A DNA stretch of 64,000 nucleotides from Lama guanicoe (GCA_013239625.1 MU053379.1:3987229-4051228), one strand, 5' to 3'. Shown: positions 32,546 to 45,884, numbered from the stretch's first letter. Notes: generated by a model not told the origin, from the sequence alone. Translations and numbers: made by a program.

Positions 32546-33591
32546 CAGTGAACAGGTGGGATTTTCCAGAAGGTGGGGTCAAAGCAGAGGAAGGACGTCT
32601 CTGGTGGGAGGCGTCTGCAAGTGACGCCGAGTCCCAGACCCTGGCGAGAAATGGAGAGTAAGTCACACTTCTGACCCCCTGTGCAGTCACTGGTCACCGT
32701 AGTTGACCGGATTTGATCCTTGGTCCCAGCTGCCAGGACGGAGGTAAAGAGGGTTCCCCACAGCCCTCAGATCCATGCCGGCCGGAAAGTTAGAGCGGGT
32801 CTCCTAGGGCCCTGCGGCGTCTCCCCGGGTGTGCCGCCACCAGGCCCCGTGGGGCGGCTTACCTCTCCGCCCATCAGTTTGGACTTAAAACCCGAGTCCA
32901 TCCTCTGCGCGGGTGGAAGCAGGAGATGTGTCAAGGTGGCCTGAGTCAATCTTCATATGTGGACGCGGCCTGGAAGGACGTGTTCTCCTCATCTTCTCAC
33001 GTAGGATCTCCCTGCCTCGTTGAGCGGGTTTTGAGTCATTTGAGTGGAGAACCTGGGATCTTTGTCCTGGGTGGTCCAGGACTGATGGGCTGGCTGGGGC
33101 CCGCCTGTGAGAAGTGCACTCTGCATTGTTCTGATGACCCCCCCAAATCACCATGTGCATCTCCTCCAAGACGGGGGTTGTCACAGTGTGGCCCATGGAC
33201 GCCCTGCATCTCCTGAGCGGCGGCTAAAAACCTCTCCACTTTGGATCCTTCTCCCTGCCTCCTTACCAGGATTTCTGCTGCTCTCTGGAACCTGTGTTTT
33301 TAACGGTTTCTCCGGATGAGTCAAATACGTGATAATGTTGTGAAGCTCAGGCCCTAGTTACAAAGACCCAGAGTGAAGAAAGCAGCCACCTGCCACCTTT
33401 CACCACGTCCAACTCCGGGAAAACACAAAGGACACCCTGGAAGGAAGTGCCCCCCTCCCGTGTGGACTGGTAGCTCAGGTGTGTTGCTGCCAAGTCTGAA
33501 GCCGCCAAGCCCTCAGGTTTGCTCATCTCAATAAAAGGCTCCTCACGGGCGTCCTTCACGCTTGCTGACGCCAACACTCAACATTAAGAAG

Positions 33592-33810
33592 AGGAGGGGA
33601 GGGATGAGTCGGGAGCTGGGGAAGAGCAGATACACAGTCTTGTGTGTAAAACAGATGATCCACAAGGTCCTGCTGTAGAGCGCAGGGGACTCTATTCAGC
33701 ATCTTGTAATAACCTGTAACGGAAAAGAACACACCCTGTAACCGAATCACTGCAGCTGGTACGCCAGAAACCAGCGCAACACTGGCAATCCACTGTACTT
33801 CAGGGAAAAA
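33592..33810 (+). mobile_element. 5'-truncated L1 3' UTR with TSD
   Basis: L1 3' UTR motifs (caaggtcctgctgtagagcgcagggg...cttgtaataacctgtaac...cactgtacttca); TSD aacattaagaag (33580-33591) / aacattaagcag (33809-33820). Confidence 0.9.
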
Positions 33811-36800
33811 CATTAAGCAGAAAACTCTGCCTGTTTTATCTGAATTCCATCCTTTCTTACCACCTCCCCTGCCTGGGCCACAGCGAGCGCCTCTGATGGT
33901 CTCGCAGCAGCCAAAGTGCTCTTTTTGAAACAAGTCAGAAAAAAAAAAAAGGAAGGAAGGAAGGAAGGGGCCATCCACGCCGTGCCGAGGGCCGCCTCCC
34001 CACTGCACCAGCATCCAGCTGCACGGCAGAGCCCACCCGGCCGGAAAAGCCCCAGTACTTTCCCTCTGGATCTGTGGAGGAGAAGTTTGCTGCGCTCATT
34101 CTAAATGTCTGCCAGACGCACCCCCAGCCAGGGTTAAGGGTGAGCCCCTCTGTGATGAAGGCAAGCAAACCTCCAGCCGAGCGTTTAAAAGCAGAAAGCG
34201 CGTCCGCGCCGCGCGGGCTTCTCCAGCGCGTGTGCCTGGAGGAGACGCGCTGAGTCGCTGGGTGTGAAGCCCAGCTTTGCGGGAGCACTGCCGACCCGCG
34301 CCCTGCGGTTCTTACACCATTTACACCTCGCCCTTCAGCAGAGAAAGTTCTGATTTCTCCAAATCCTAAAGAGGAAATGCTCAGAAGGAGGCAGGGAGTG
34401 AACCAGAAGCAAAAGGGAAACCAGGAAAAGGGAAGCGAGGGGACGTGTAAGCGGGCCTTACCTGCGAGCAGGTAGCGCTCCAAGCGCCTCGCACGCCCGC
34501 CGGCTCACAAGGGCTGGTCTCTGCCACTTTCTTGACCCTTAAATGAGTTGCTCAAGCGAGAGCCCTGACGGCTGGCCGCAGCCTCTGAGCTGTGCCGCTT
34601 CAGGGCCCGGGACTGCCCAGAGCTGGTGCTGCGGCTCCCTCCTGCCGTGGGCTCTCGGGGGTAACCTGGCGAACACCCCCGTCCCTCCAGCGTCTGTCAG
34701 CTGGACGTCTTAGAAGCAGCATCACGTGTCCAATGGAAAGGACTCCGTCCAGCACCTTCTGGGCCCCTGGAAGAGCCAGCAAAGCAGGAGGAGGAAACAC
34801 CGAGAGGACCTCTTAGGTCCACTAACAAGGGCCAGGCTCTTCACAGCAGGTCCAACTCCACAGCCCGACTCAGGCGCCTCCCCGAGCTCAGTGGCTGCCG
34901 CTTGCACAGGACATGATATGCATGGAAAGAGAAGGGGAGCCTTCATCTCAGGAAAGTCTCTCATTTCACAGAGGAGGAGATCGAGGCCCAGAGATGTCCC
35001 ATGACACAAGCAGAGCTGTGGGGCCTGCAAGCAGTGGGCCCGAGATCCCCACGGAACTTCACAGCCAGCAGCACCTATCAGGTGCCTACTGTGTGCATCG
35101 CCTGGGCCTTCAGGTGGGACGGGAGTGTAAGGGCGTCTAAATCGTGGCCTTCTGTGAGCTAATCTCCCCAACCACACACGAAAGCTCTGAGAACACGGAG
35201 CACGGTGGACACTCTTCTCCCTGACAGAGGACCCGGCGATTAGGTAGATGAAGTTCAACGTGCAGACTGTCGCCAGCCGTCTGTCCTGTGTGAGATCCCA
35301 CCACCCTGAGTAAATCCTTCACAGCCTAGAGACTCCGGGTGCCACATCTCACCTGCCAGCCCTCGTGCCTGGGGTGAGGCTCTGCCTGCAGCCACAGGGG
35401 CCCAGCTCGTGACCGCCAGCCCTGCTTGACCATGGCCAGTCTCAGGGTTGGCAGCTGTGGTCTCTAAGGGTTAACTGGGGAAGCAGTGTGGATTCCAGGG
35501 CCCGCAGGAGACTTCCAAGAGTCACTCCTTGCAGGGCCAACGCCAGCACAACATCTGGCGTGCACCTGAACAAATCCGGGACGCTTCCTCTTCAACGTCA
35601 TGTAAATTCTGCACCTTGACTCATGGCTGTTAAAACCACTGCGGTGAGAGCGCCAGCGAGCATGGCCATGTTCCCTTCACGAGGAAGGGAGGACACTCCC
35701 AGGGGAGCGGCATGGAGCCGTCCCCCAGCCTGCACCCGGTACGGCCGCCCGTGCGAATGGCTCTATTCGGTGCACTCACTCATTTTGGAAACCAAGTTCT
35801 CCACCTGGAGACTGGAATTTGGTTTTTCTCTCCTTCTTTCCCCCTTCCAGACTCAGTTTCCCCACTAAAGACACATCCCACCCACCCTGCCCACCGACTG
35901 CCTGCCCCCCTTCCTCCTGCTTCCACCTCGTGTTGCTGAGCAGAGTTCTTTCACCTGCTTGTCCCCAGTCCTGGCCTCCAGTCACCTCCCCTGCGTGAGG
36001 GGCAAAGCCGGGACTGCGTTACGCTGGAGGTGAGCAGACTCCACGCGGCTGTCTGAACCCGCAGCCCTCCGTGCAGACGGAACAAGTCAAGCCCCAAGGC
36101 TCCCGCTGCTCCCAGACCGGCTGAGGGTCCTCCCTCCTCTGCTTCCGTGGGCCCCTTCCCGTCGCCACAACCCCGTGAGCTCCAGCGCACCAGCCTCAGG
36201 GAGGCTGTGGTGGTGCCGTCTGGGGAAGCTGCCCTCCCCTCGCCCCGCCTCTCTGCCCTGGCGTGAGCACGACTTTCTCTCTGCCCTTCCTGGCTCTGCG
36301 CAGCGCCTCGTTACAGCTCAACGCTGGAGACATAGACGCTGTCTCACTCTGCCCACCCCCGCAAGCAGACCCCGAGACAAGGATGCTGATGCCAGCCCTT
36401 GACTTGGGAGGCAACTCCGGGCATCACTGGTGGGAGGTGGAGGTGGGAGGGAAGCCCATGAAGGCAGGGGCTGGAGTCGTCCTGCCTGGGGACGGTGGGC
36501 TTGCAGAGTGGTCCCACCAAAGAGCACGGGAGCGGTGCGTTCGTCGGCCAGCGCCAGCACGAGCTCCCCGGCATCTCCAGCCCCTGCAGCTCTCCTCCCA
36601 GCCCCGGGCCCCCGCACCCCGCACTCAGCCCTGCCCTTCCTCTGTGACGTTCCCCTCCCCTCGCCTCACCCGCTCCGCTCCCTCGTCCACAGCCTGACTT
36701 AACAGATAGCCCGAGTTCTCTTGTTGAGTATCAGCCTTGCTGTGGGGCTCACCCAGAGCAGGAACGTGCGGTGCCCTTCACCACACGAACGTCAGAGACC

Positions 36801-37745
36801 GTGATCACTGCTGCTGCAGTCGTAGGGCAGGGACGGCGTGATTCCTAAGAATTTCAACCGGAGAGAGCCCTCTGCAAGGAAACAGGCAGCCTAAGGACCA
36901 TCAGCTCGGGGGTGATGGGAGCCCCGGGGGGAAGCCGTCACCGGGCAGTCGGCGCTGTGACCACAGGACAGTGTGGCTGCCTCGCCCCTCACTCTCCTCG
37001 CTGCTGCTTGGTGCAGATTTAGGCTCTGCTGTCTCTGCATGGTCAGAAACATCCGTCCTTAGAAGGTCTCTCTGATGAGACGGGCCTGGGTCCACGCAGG
37101 TCTCTTCAGTGGGACAGGGGAACACGAAGGCCCGGGTGGGGGAAGGGCATGTCCTCACTCCAGGAATCAAGCCCCGGCCCACCAGGGGAGAGTGGACGTT
37201 GCCCCTCGTGCTGGGCCTGGCCGCCCCTCCAGATCAGATGACCCAGACTTTGAGGGGGGCCTGACTGGGAGACCACCTCCTGGGGCAGGGATCAGGCTTC
37301 CTGAGGCAGAGAGTAGACTTCCACGGGGGTACTTCAGTAGTGAGGGGTCCAGAGAGCCCCTCCCCTCCTTTCCCCCTCCCATCCCCACCCCCACCCTCAC
37401 CGCCATCCTCTCCCTGCAGCGATCGGAGCACCACCGAGCCCAGGGGGACTGGGGACACCTCGACAGCAGGTGCTGCTGGGGGCCGACCCCGACTCCCGCT
37501 GCAGTGGGGGCGGCCCCATGGGCTCTGGACGGCAGCGACCCTGGAGGTAAGCTCCCCAGAGGGCCTGGGTCACACCCCAGCCCCCTGCAGCCGGTGACAG
37601 ACTAACAAGAGGGGCCAGCCAGGCTCCCAGGTCTCCAGGTGGGCGACTCCCCTGCACCTGCCCAGAGCAGCTCCCAGGGAGCCGGGCTGGGGGGGCCCAC
37701 CTGGAGCCCAGGCTTCCCCACCCACCCCTCCTCCATCTCCCCACC

Positions 37746-37816
37746 NNNNNNNNNNNNNNNNNNNNNNNNNNNNNNNNNNNNNNNNNNNNNNNNNNNNNNN
37801 NNNNNNNNNNNNNNNN
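37746..37816. other. Assembly gap (71 N)
   Basis: Run of N within C-rich sequence. Confidence 1.
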
Positions 37817-37819
37817 ACC

Positions 37820-37953
37820 TCTCACCCCTCTGTACCCCACCCCCTCCCTCCTCTCCCCACTCCCTTGCCTGTGTCTCCTGAGAAAACCCTCAATCAGTTA
37901 CTCAAACCAGGATCTCCACCTCTGACTTTCCTTCCAGGAGCCCAGCTGAGACA
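37820..37953 (+). mobile_element. LTR16-like (ERVL) LTR 3' end
   Basis: tctcctgagaaaaccctcaatcagttact...ttccaggagcccagctgagaca resembles the recalled LTR16 terminus. Confidence 0.4.
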
Positions 37954-40413
37954 ACTTTCTGCATGAGGAAGAGCTGCCTTTCATTCTGAGACGTGAGGAC
38001 TGGCCCTGCCTCCTCTCTGACATTGTGACTTGTAACCTGAAGTCACCCCAGGGCTGTCAGACATGCTCGTGGTTGTGAGGACTCTGAAGAGGTGATGTGG
38101 TGGAAGTGCTGGAAGGAATCAGTGCGGCCTCATGTTTGTGGCGCAGAGTGGGGACCAACCTGCTCCTCGGTGGCAGGTGGCCTTGGGGGCCAGTCCCTGG
38201 GAAGCCAGGCGTGAAGGAGGAGCCGTCTGCAGGGACTGACACGGGAGAGTCAGGACCGAGCCTTCTACCTGCCGCCCTGACTCAGGGCCCAGCGCCCGGA
38301 AGGAAGCTGTTGGCCGGAGAACTCCCGGCTACGTCGCCAGGAGCCCAAAGCTAGAGCCCACACCCCCACACGCGGCCGGCAGTGGGCTCCCTGGCCCACC
38401 AGGCTCTGACGCCGCCATTGGGCTGCGAAGTTGGCAGAACGTTTGTCACTCCTGGTGATCACACCAGCCCCGCAGCTTGGTCTCACCTGCCTTGCCGGGT
38501 TCCCGCGGGCAGAGCGCTGCTGACAGGGCGGGTGGCGCTGGGCGTGGGACGCCTGTGGATGCGGACCTCGCCCCCACCCCCACGTCCGTGCTTTACAGCT
38601 GCCCGGCCAGTCATGAAGGGATGACACCAATCAAATAGCGTTGTTTTCTTTATATGGTGCCAAAAATGGCATCTCCTTTTATGTTTTGTTCAAAACTGGC
38701 CCATGAATTCGCAACGATGCGTCTCCTTTGAATGTATGTGGATTCACATCGCCAGCAGCAGCAGCGGAAAAGATAAGTATTTTGACACGCGTTCTTTTTA
38801 AATTCTGAAGATCTGGGATGCCAAAGGCAAAATGCGCTCACAAACGGATGGGAACATGTGACGCCAACATGCGCGTTCTGGCCTCGGGCCTGATGCTGCT
38901 GCCCGAGCACACTGCCCTCTCTCCTCTGTCCTCACTGTCCCCTCCTCACCAGAGCACCCCTCACGTCAAGACTTCGAGAAGCACCGTCTGGTCATTCCAC
39001 CCTGAACACTCCCCCCTCGTCGGTCACCTGTTAGCTGCGCTGCACTGGGTATTTAAGAACATCACAGAGGGAAGGCGCGAGCGGCGGGGCCGGCCTCTCA
39101 GGACCCGCTCAGACCTGCCCAGCGCGTGCGGTGATTCCGGGTGATTTCTTCTCGCGCCGCCTGACCTGATGCTGCGGCTGCGTGTGACCGTGTGAAACGT
39201 GGTCTCGGAAGCCGACTCAGGAGACACTCTGTGTGCGTCTCTCCTCCCTGCGCCCACGCCTTCCTCATGTCACGCGTTGTCCTTTGTACAGGGGTCTGTG
39301 TCGTGGTTTCCAGCTGTAACAAGCTGTTCGGGGGTAGGGGGTCCAAGCACAACGTGCGCCCAGGAGGCCCCCGGAGGGCGGAGAGCTGAGGGGGAGGGCC
39401 GGGGGCTCTCAGGGGTGACCAGGCAGGTCACTGCTGTGGGCGACCGGAGCTGACTGCTGCGAAGCTCTGGAAAGCGGTATGAAACACGCGTCTCAGTTTC
39501 CCAGCGGGAGGGGCTGCGGCTGGGGAGGCGGTGCTCCGCCCCCTCAGTCACTGGTCACCGGCTGTCGCCGGCCACTGCTCTGCTCTCAGCCGCCTCTCGC
39601 GGTTCCAGGGGGAGACCCAGTAAGGAGCTGCAGCCGTCGGCTGCTGGAGATTCTGCCCGAAGGTGACCCCCCCGAAGGAAATGGCGAGCATGTCAGGACC
39701 TGCTACAGGTGCCTCTGGCTGAGAAAAAAGCTTATAATGAAAATAAAAAAATATGACTGGCTCCAAGATGAGGTGTTGGGGGTAAACACGGAGCCTTCTG
39801 TAACGCATGGAGCTGGCGGTGGTCCGCGGCTGCCGACAGGGCGGGGGAGGCGCGGTCCTGCAGCAGGCATCCTACGTCCGTCGGGCTAGAGGACGTCTCT
39901 GCAAGCCTGCGCGCCGGACCGCCTACAGCACAGAAGGCCTTTTACACCGTCGCTTACACCCCTGTCGGCCTCAGCACCTTTAACACACGTGTGTTTGCGT
40001 CTGTGTGTGTATAGTCCTGTAACAGGCTGATTGTGAGAGCTCCACGCAGAAAATTTCCCCAGATTGTCACAAGGAAACGGACAAGCACACACTGAGGACG
40101 GCAGAGGGTGACACGGTGACTCCCCACCCTTGGCGGGGGCGCTGTTGGAGAGCGGAGCGTGAGCGCTGCAGACCAGTGAGCGAGGTGAAGGGCGGCGGGG
40201 GGGGGGCTGGGGAGGGGGCCATGGACGCCTGAGGCGGAAGAGTCATAGTGTGAGAGGCCAGGGCAGGAGGGGGAGCCAAAGTGTGACTGCGGGAGCTTTG
40301 ACTTGGAGCCAGAGGGACGTGCATTAACCGTGTGACCTTGACCAAGGGAGTTAGCTTATCTGGGTCTCACCATCTACATACAAGCTATGGAAAAAATAAT
40401 GGCGACTTCGCAA

Positions 40414-40610
40414 CAGCCCTGCCCGATAGAACCATTGGAATGATGGACATCTGTGCTGTCCAGCCCAGTCGTCACCCCCACCTGTGGCCATTGAGCACGT
40501 GATACCCGTCTACTGAGACGGAGATACGGAATCTCACCTTTCATTCAATATCAATCAGTTTAAAGGTAAGTGACCTCCGGTGCCCAGCGGCTGCCATGCT
40601 GGTGGTGCTG
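40414..40610 (+). mobile_element. MER3 (hAT-Charlie) element
   Basis: cagccctgcccgatagaacc...gatggacatctgtgctgtcca...cacctgtggccattgagcac is collinear with the recalled MER3 consensus. Confidence 0.7.
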
Positions 40611-42843
40611 TTCAGAACGTGGTTTTGGGGATTAAATGAAGCAACAGAGCTCCGTCCACCCTGCCCCGTGGCATCGATCGATGCTGATTGAAAAGTGCCT
40701 CTTGAACAGAAGTGTGTTTGATTTCAATGGGGCTGCTGCCAGCCACGCCCGCTGGCCGTGAGGACTTTGCTGGCAGAACTCCAGCTCCGTGACCGATCCG
40801 GCTGGTCGGAGATGAAATGCGGATGGCAGCCACGAAACGGTATGAGATGTCTTAAGTTTAACCCAAACCGGGGGCAAGAACTGTCTCCAAAGCCAGAGAA
40901 GCAGGACTCAGCAGATGACCCAGAGGACAAGAAGGAAAGGCCATGGTGTAAAGCGAACAATCAGTGGCTGAAAGCTATTAAGTTCACTCTTCTAGTTCAA
41001 AGGGTCTGAAGTGGCAATTTGTCAGGGAGCTGTTGTCACTTTAGATGCCCTGCTTGCTCTCTTTGAAGCCCTGATTGACTGCAGGAGGCTGGCCAGATCC
41101 TTCTGGAGGCAGGATTTCCACAGCTGAACACACTTATGTCACAGTAAAGACAACTATTCACAAATGTCATCGACAAAAGGGGAAAGAGTGTGAGTTTAGG
41201 GAGGACACTGTGCTCAGAGCGGTCCAGGTGATGGGCGCCGTGACTCTGCACAAGGCCGCACAGCCAGCTGGACAGTGTCAGCCACTCGAGTGTGTTGATC
41301 CGAGGCTGGAGAAAGTTCTCCGTTGGCGCGCCAACAGCGAGACAGACTTCAGCTTGCAAAGGATCATTTCTCTGCGCAAACAACCAACCGAGAGTGATCA
41401 AGCGAATTAACACGGTACCATCTCTCCAGCCAGCAGAGGTGGGGGCTGGAAGCACATCTTTTGCCAATTGTCTCGGAAAATAGGTGCAAAGGCACGTGTG
41501 CTGCTGGGAAGCAAGGAAAGGCTTCAGCAGAGACGAAGCAAAGGAAAATCGGCCAGTGTGAGTGAGCGGGGCAGCGACCCTGCCCCGACACAGACTTCCC
41601 TCTAGAAATGCACGCACAGCATGGAGAGTGGGTGGGCGGAGCCCTGGGAAGCATGTTCACATCAGGAAGAAGCATTTGCAAATTAATTTGCTATCTGAGG
41701 TCCAGAGCCTCCTTATTGCAGGTGGAAGTGTGCCCATCGGTGTTTGCAGACGGGGCGTGCACGGTGTGGTCCAGCCCAAGTGTCCGCAGGGAAGGTCAAA
41801 CCAAAAGGTTCGGGCTGACAGGGACACAAGCTGTCCTCACAGCCCAGCCCCTTCCTGCACTCTCACACACCCTGTGGCCCTGGCCACAGCAGGGTCCCAG
41901 GTAGAAGTGTGGCGGGTGGTGCAGTTGGTAGAGACGGGAGCCGAGGGTCCCCGAGGAGAGTGCCAGCGGGGTGGACCCCTGCCAGCAGCTGGGGGCCAGA
42001 TGTCCCTGCTCTGCAGCCATAGAGAGTCACCACGGCAGGAAAAAAGTGATGTCTGCATGCAACGTGTGGGAACCAGGCTAGGCGCGAGGTTGGGGGCAAC
42101 TCACCACAGGCAGGGAGGGACAGATGGGGAGGAGGTGAATCCAGGAAGGGTCTGGAGGGCCGGGCTGGGGGCTTTCCACAGCCACGCCCCCAAGGACAGG
42201 AAGCCAGGCAACCACACGTGTGGAGCACAGGCGCATCCACGCCCAGTTGGGGCTCTGTGTTCAAAGCCCCCCGGGGCATCTCGCCCCCCGATGTGAGCGT
42301 GCCGGCCGTGTGAGCGCCCGGTGGCCTGCGTTTCCTCCCACGGGTGTGTGTCATGGGGCTCCAGCGGCACCCGCTCTCCCAGAATCAGCCAAGAAGTCAG
42401 CACCCACCTGAGATTCGTCCGAATCACTCCGACCAAAGGAAATAAACGGCCACGTGCATCAGCATCAGACGTCAGGTGACCTGAAGCGAGATCCCGTTAG
42501 CAGGCTGGCGCGATATTCGGGGGAGGAGGGGAGGTTCTGATGCGGACAAGCTCCTTGGTGCTCATTCATTCCGGCTGGGAAACACCTGTCTTCCAAGTCA
42601 GAGAGGGCGATGGGACATGTTCTTCCTGGAGTCTTCGCTCTCTTTTAGGCAAGGAAGTGTCTTATACTGTGAGGCCAAGACACCTGGACGGGGTTTTAAA
42701 GACGGCATCTGACGGATGCACACAGACCAGCAGATGAGTGTGGCCCGACGCTCCGCACAAGGCTCCCCATTAAAGAAGAAAGCGGTCACGTCACCCAGGT
42801 TAAAAACGTAAAGCCCTCACGGGATCAACGGAGACGCCTTTTA

Positions 42844-43031
42844 TTATTATTAACTTAATTGTGATAAAATACACACAAAGGTGGGAACACATGAAATACA
42901 GATAAAATGTGCCATCTTAGCCATTCTGAGTGTGCGGTAGTTATTATTAACTTAATTGTGATAAAATACAAAGGTGGGAACACATGAAATACAGATAAAA
43001 TGTGCCATCTTAGCCATTCTGAGTGTGCGGT
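42844..43031. repeat. 97-bp-period tandem duplication inside an old L1M 3' end (minus strand)
   Basis: ttattattaacttaattgtgataaaataca...gagtgtgcggt at 42844-42938 and 42941-43031, differing by a 4-bp (ca)2 indel; the unit resembles reverse L1MA/MB termini. Confidence 0.9.
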
Positions 43032-43479
43032 TCAGTGGCACCAGGTGCGCAGGCGGCCCTCGGGCTCGCCGCAGGGTCTGCTCCAGCCCCGCCACAAAAC
43101 AGCGAAGATCATCATACAGCCAGCCACACGAGCCGTTCGGCTTCCCGGTGCAGAAAGGCTTACGGTTACGCGATACTGCAGTCTGTCACGCGTGTGATAG
43201 CGCTATGTCTGAAACGAGTAAATACCTTAATTAAAACGAATTTATAGCCAAAAAATGCTAGCCATTGTCTGAGCCTTCAGAAATCGCAGTCTTTTTGCAG
43301 CAGCAGCAACAGCAGGCCCTCCGCCGCATGCCAGGTGACAGTGCTCTCGTCTTTGGTGCAGCAGGGCAGACCATCCCACTGTGCACGGCAACACGCGGAA
43401 GCATCACGTGGTGTCCACGCTGTGGGCAGGGGAGCCGGAGCTCTCCAGCTCAGTGCGTCAGGGCCCCCAGGGTCTCGTG

Positions 43480-43599
43480 TGTTCACAGAGATGGCGAGTT
43501 TCTGATGCAGCAGGTCTGGGGCAGGGCCTGAGGATGTGTATTTCTCAGGCATTCCCAGGTGACCCTGCTTGTCTGGACGTCATGCTTTGAGAACCACTG
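43480..43599 (-). mobile_element. MER5A fragment
   Basis: Reverse reads cagtggttctcaaagcatg...tcacctgggaatgcctgagaaatacacatcctcaggccctgccccagacctgctgcatcagaaactc. Confidence 0.75.
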
Positions 43600-43646
43600 C
43601 CTTAGATGAACTGTTTTCTGGCTACTCTTATGGTGGAAAAAAGTAC

Positions 43647-44157
43647 CCTCACACCAGCCAGAACGACCATCACTGAAAAGTCCACAGATGAGAGATGCTG
43701 GACAGGCCGTGGAGAACAGGGAGCCCTCCTGCACTGCTGGTGGAGATGGTGCAGCCGCTATGGAGGATGGTACAGAGGTTCCTTCAAAACCTGAAAATAG
43801 ACCTACCGTGTGATCCAGCAATCCCACTCCTAGGCATATATCCAGAGAAAAATAAAATTCAAAAACACACCTGCACCCCAATGTTCACAGCAGCACTATT
43901 TACAACAGCCAAGACGTGGAAACAACCCAAATGTCCATCAACAGATGACTGGATAAAGAAGATGTGGTATATTTATACAATGGAATACTACTCAGCCATA
44001 AAAAGAATTAAATAATGCCATTTGCTGCAACATAAATGGATCTGGAGATCATCATTCTAAGTGAAGTGGGCCAGAAAGAGAAAGAAAAATACCATATGAC
44101 ATCACTTATATGTGGAATCTAAAAAGAAAAAAAGGGCACAAATGAACTACTTATTAC
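43647..44157 (+). mobile_element. L1 ORF2 3' fragment
   Basis: ORF 43695-44015 LKIDLPCDPAIPLLGIYPEK...TPMFTAALFTTAKTWKQPKCPSTDDWIKKMWYIYTMEYYSAIK is the L1 ORF2 C-terminus. Confidence 0.95.
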
Positions 44158-44911
44158 TTATAGCTTAGATGACTGATTTCTTGAACATGTGTGAGCACAC
44201 CTGACTGTCCTTTATGACTGGATTACTGCATTCTGTTGATTCTTATTTTGTGGTTGGCTTCAATCCTTTGATAACTATGTAAGTTTAAAAAGCTAAAGTT
44301 CTGATCTGTTCTTAGAAACAACGATCAGCAGACATATATAAACTGAGAAGAATGTGCAGCACACTGTGTATACACATTTACATGCAATATAATGTGCATG
44401 TGCAGTCGAACTGTAATAGTTCTACCTAATAAAACTGAAAAAGGAAAAAAAAAAGAAAGAAGTATCGACTGGGGGTGAAGTGGACCCTCGGTTCTGCCCA
44501 CACATCTGGAACTATTCAGACAGGAAAATCTCTACAGCTTTTATTGAAAAGGCCTTTGATTATTGTTTATTTCTTATCATAATTGTGATTTTTTTCCCTA
44601 CTGCTTCATAAATGGAGCCTCCTGATTAAACTAGGTTTTGGCAAGAAGAGAGGGGTCTTCTCTGACCTTCGGCCAAACGTTTCCCTAAAACATAATGCCC
44701 ACTAGACAGTTTCATCCTTGTTCCTTTAAAAGGAAAAAGGAATAAGGGTTAGAGTGAAATCTCTGTTTCCCGGTGAACCCACGCCAGCTGCTTGTGACCG
44801 GACTCCTTCTGAAAAGGAAGCAGAGTGAGGAATCTGGTCCAGAGTCCTGCTCGCAGCAGACATTCTAGGTGTCCGCTCCCCAAACCTAGGTCCACTCTGG
44901 AACAAAAGAAA

Positions 44912-45059
44912 ATTTTTTCTTTTTTTTTTTAGTTTAATTTTTGCGGGGAGAGGTGATGAGGTTTTTGTTTGTTTACTCATTTGCTGGAGGCCCCGGGGGC
45001 CGAACCCCGCGCCTTGTGCTTGCTGGGCGTCTGTCTGCCACTGAGTCGCTCCCTCCCCC
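44912..45059 (-). mobile_element. Vic-1-like camelid tRNA-derived SINE (diverged)
   Basis: Reverse reads ggggagggagcgactcagtggcagac...ggggttcggcccccggggcctcca...aaacctcatcacctctcccc plus an A-tail; A/B-box layout; paralogous to 52985-53115. Confidence 0.75.
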
Positions 45060-45884
45060 TGACGAACTCCCTTCCCTCCCTGCTGTCCATCAGCCTTGCA
45101 GCATCATCTCCGAGTAATGGGCTTTGTCCGCGGTCATCCTTTGGCCTCTCTCGGGCCCTCAGGAGCCCTTGTTTGTGTAGCAAGCATCGCAGTCCTCTTC
45201 AGCCTCCCGAGGACCCGTGCTCTGGCCGCGGCCTGCGGCCCGGTGGCAGGAACCGCCTTGCTGCTGCGGGAATCTCCCCGGGCTCTGGCCCGTGTTTCCA
45301 CACCCTCAGGAGCTTCACTTTCTTGAGTGCAAAGTGCTGCGGAGGACGAGGTGGCCGCACTGACCTCCGTGGCCACCAGCACAGACCCAGAGCTGAGGAG
45401 ACCGGCTGGCAGCCTCCCAAGTGTGGTCCACCCGCAGCGGCGGACTTGCATCCCAGCGTCAGGAGATGCTGTCTGGGAACAGGCGTGGAGCCCGGGGCCC
45501 CTCCCTTGGAGACCTCACTCGGCCTGAGCACACGGAGCCCTGTCCCTTCTCCTGGGACAGCCTCACCCCGGAAACCTGCGGGCAGGCCCCCTCACTTCCT
45601 TTGAGTCTTCACCCAAATGCCCCCTTCTTTCCTGCATGTTCCGCCCAAAATTGTACCTGCCCCCACCTTGTCTCCAGTTCCCCCTCCTGCTTTATCTTTG
45701 TCCTTTTCGGGGGTCCCCCCTGAAGACGCTGCTGGTGCCACTGGGTTTACTTTGTTCACTGCCTGTGCTCACACACACAGAGGCCCACGTCTGCTCGGCT
45801 GTGGTGTCCTGGGCACGTGTGCCCGTGCCTGGGGCACAGAGGGTGCTTCCCAGTGCACACCGAGCGAGCAGGCGTGTGAGCGAG

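Noticed and set aside
40671..40684. 14-bp perfect palindrome gcatcgatcgatgc (and ggcagccggctgcc at 3156-3169)
   Set aside because: A few 14-bp palindromes are expected by chance in 64 kb (about 64000/4^7)
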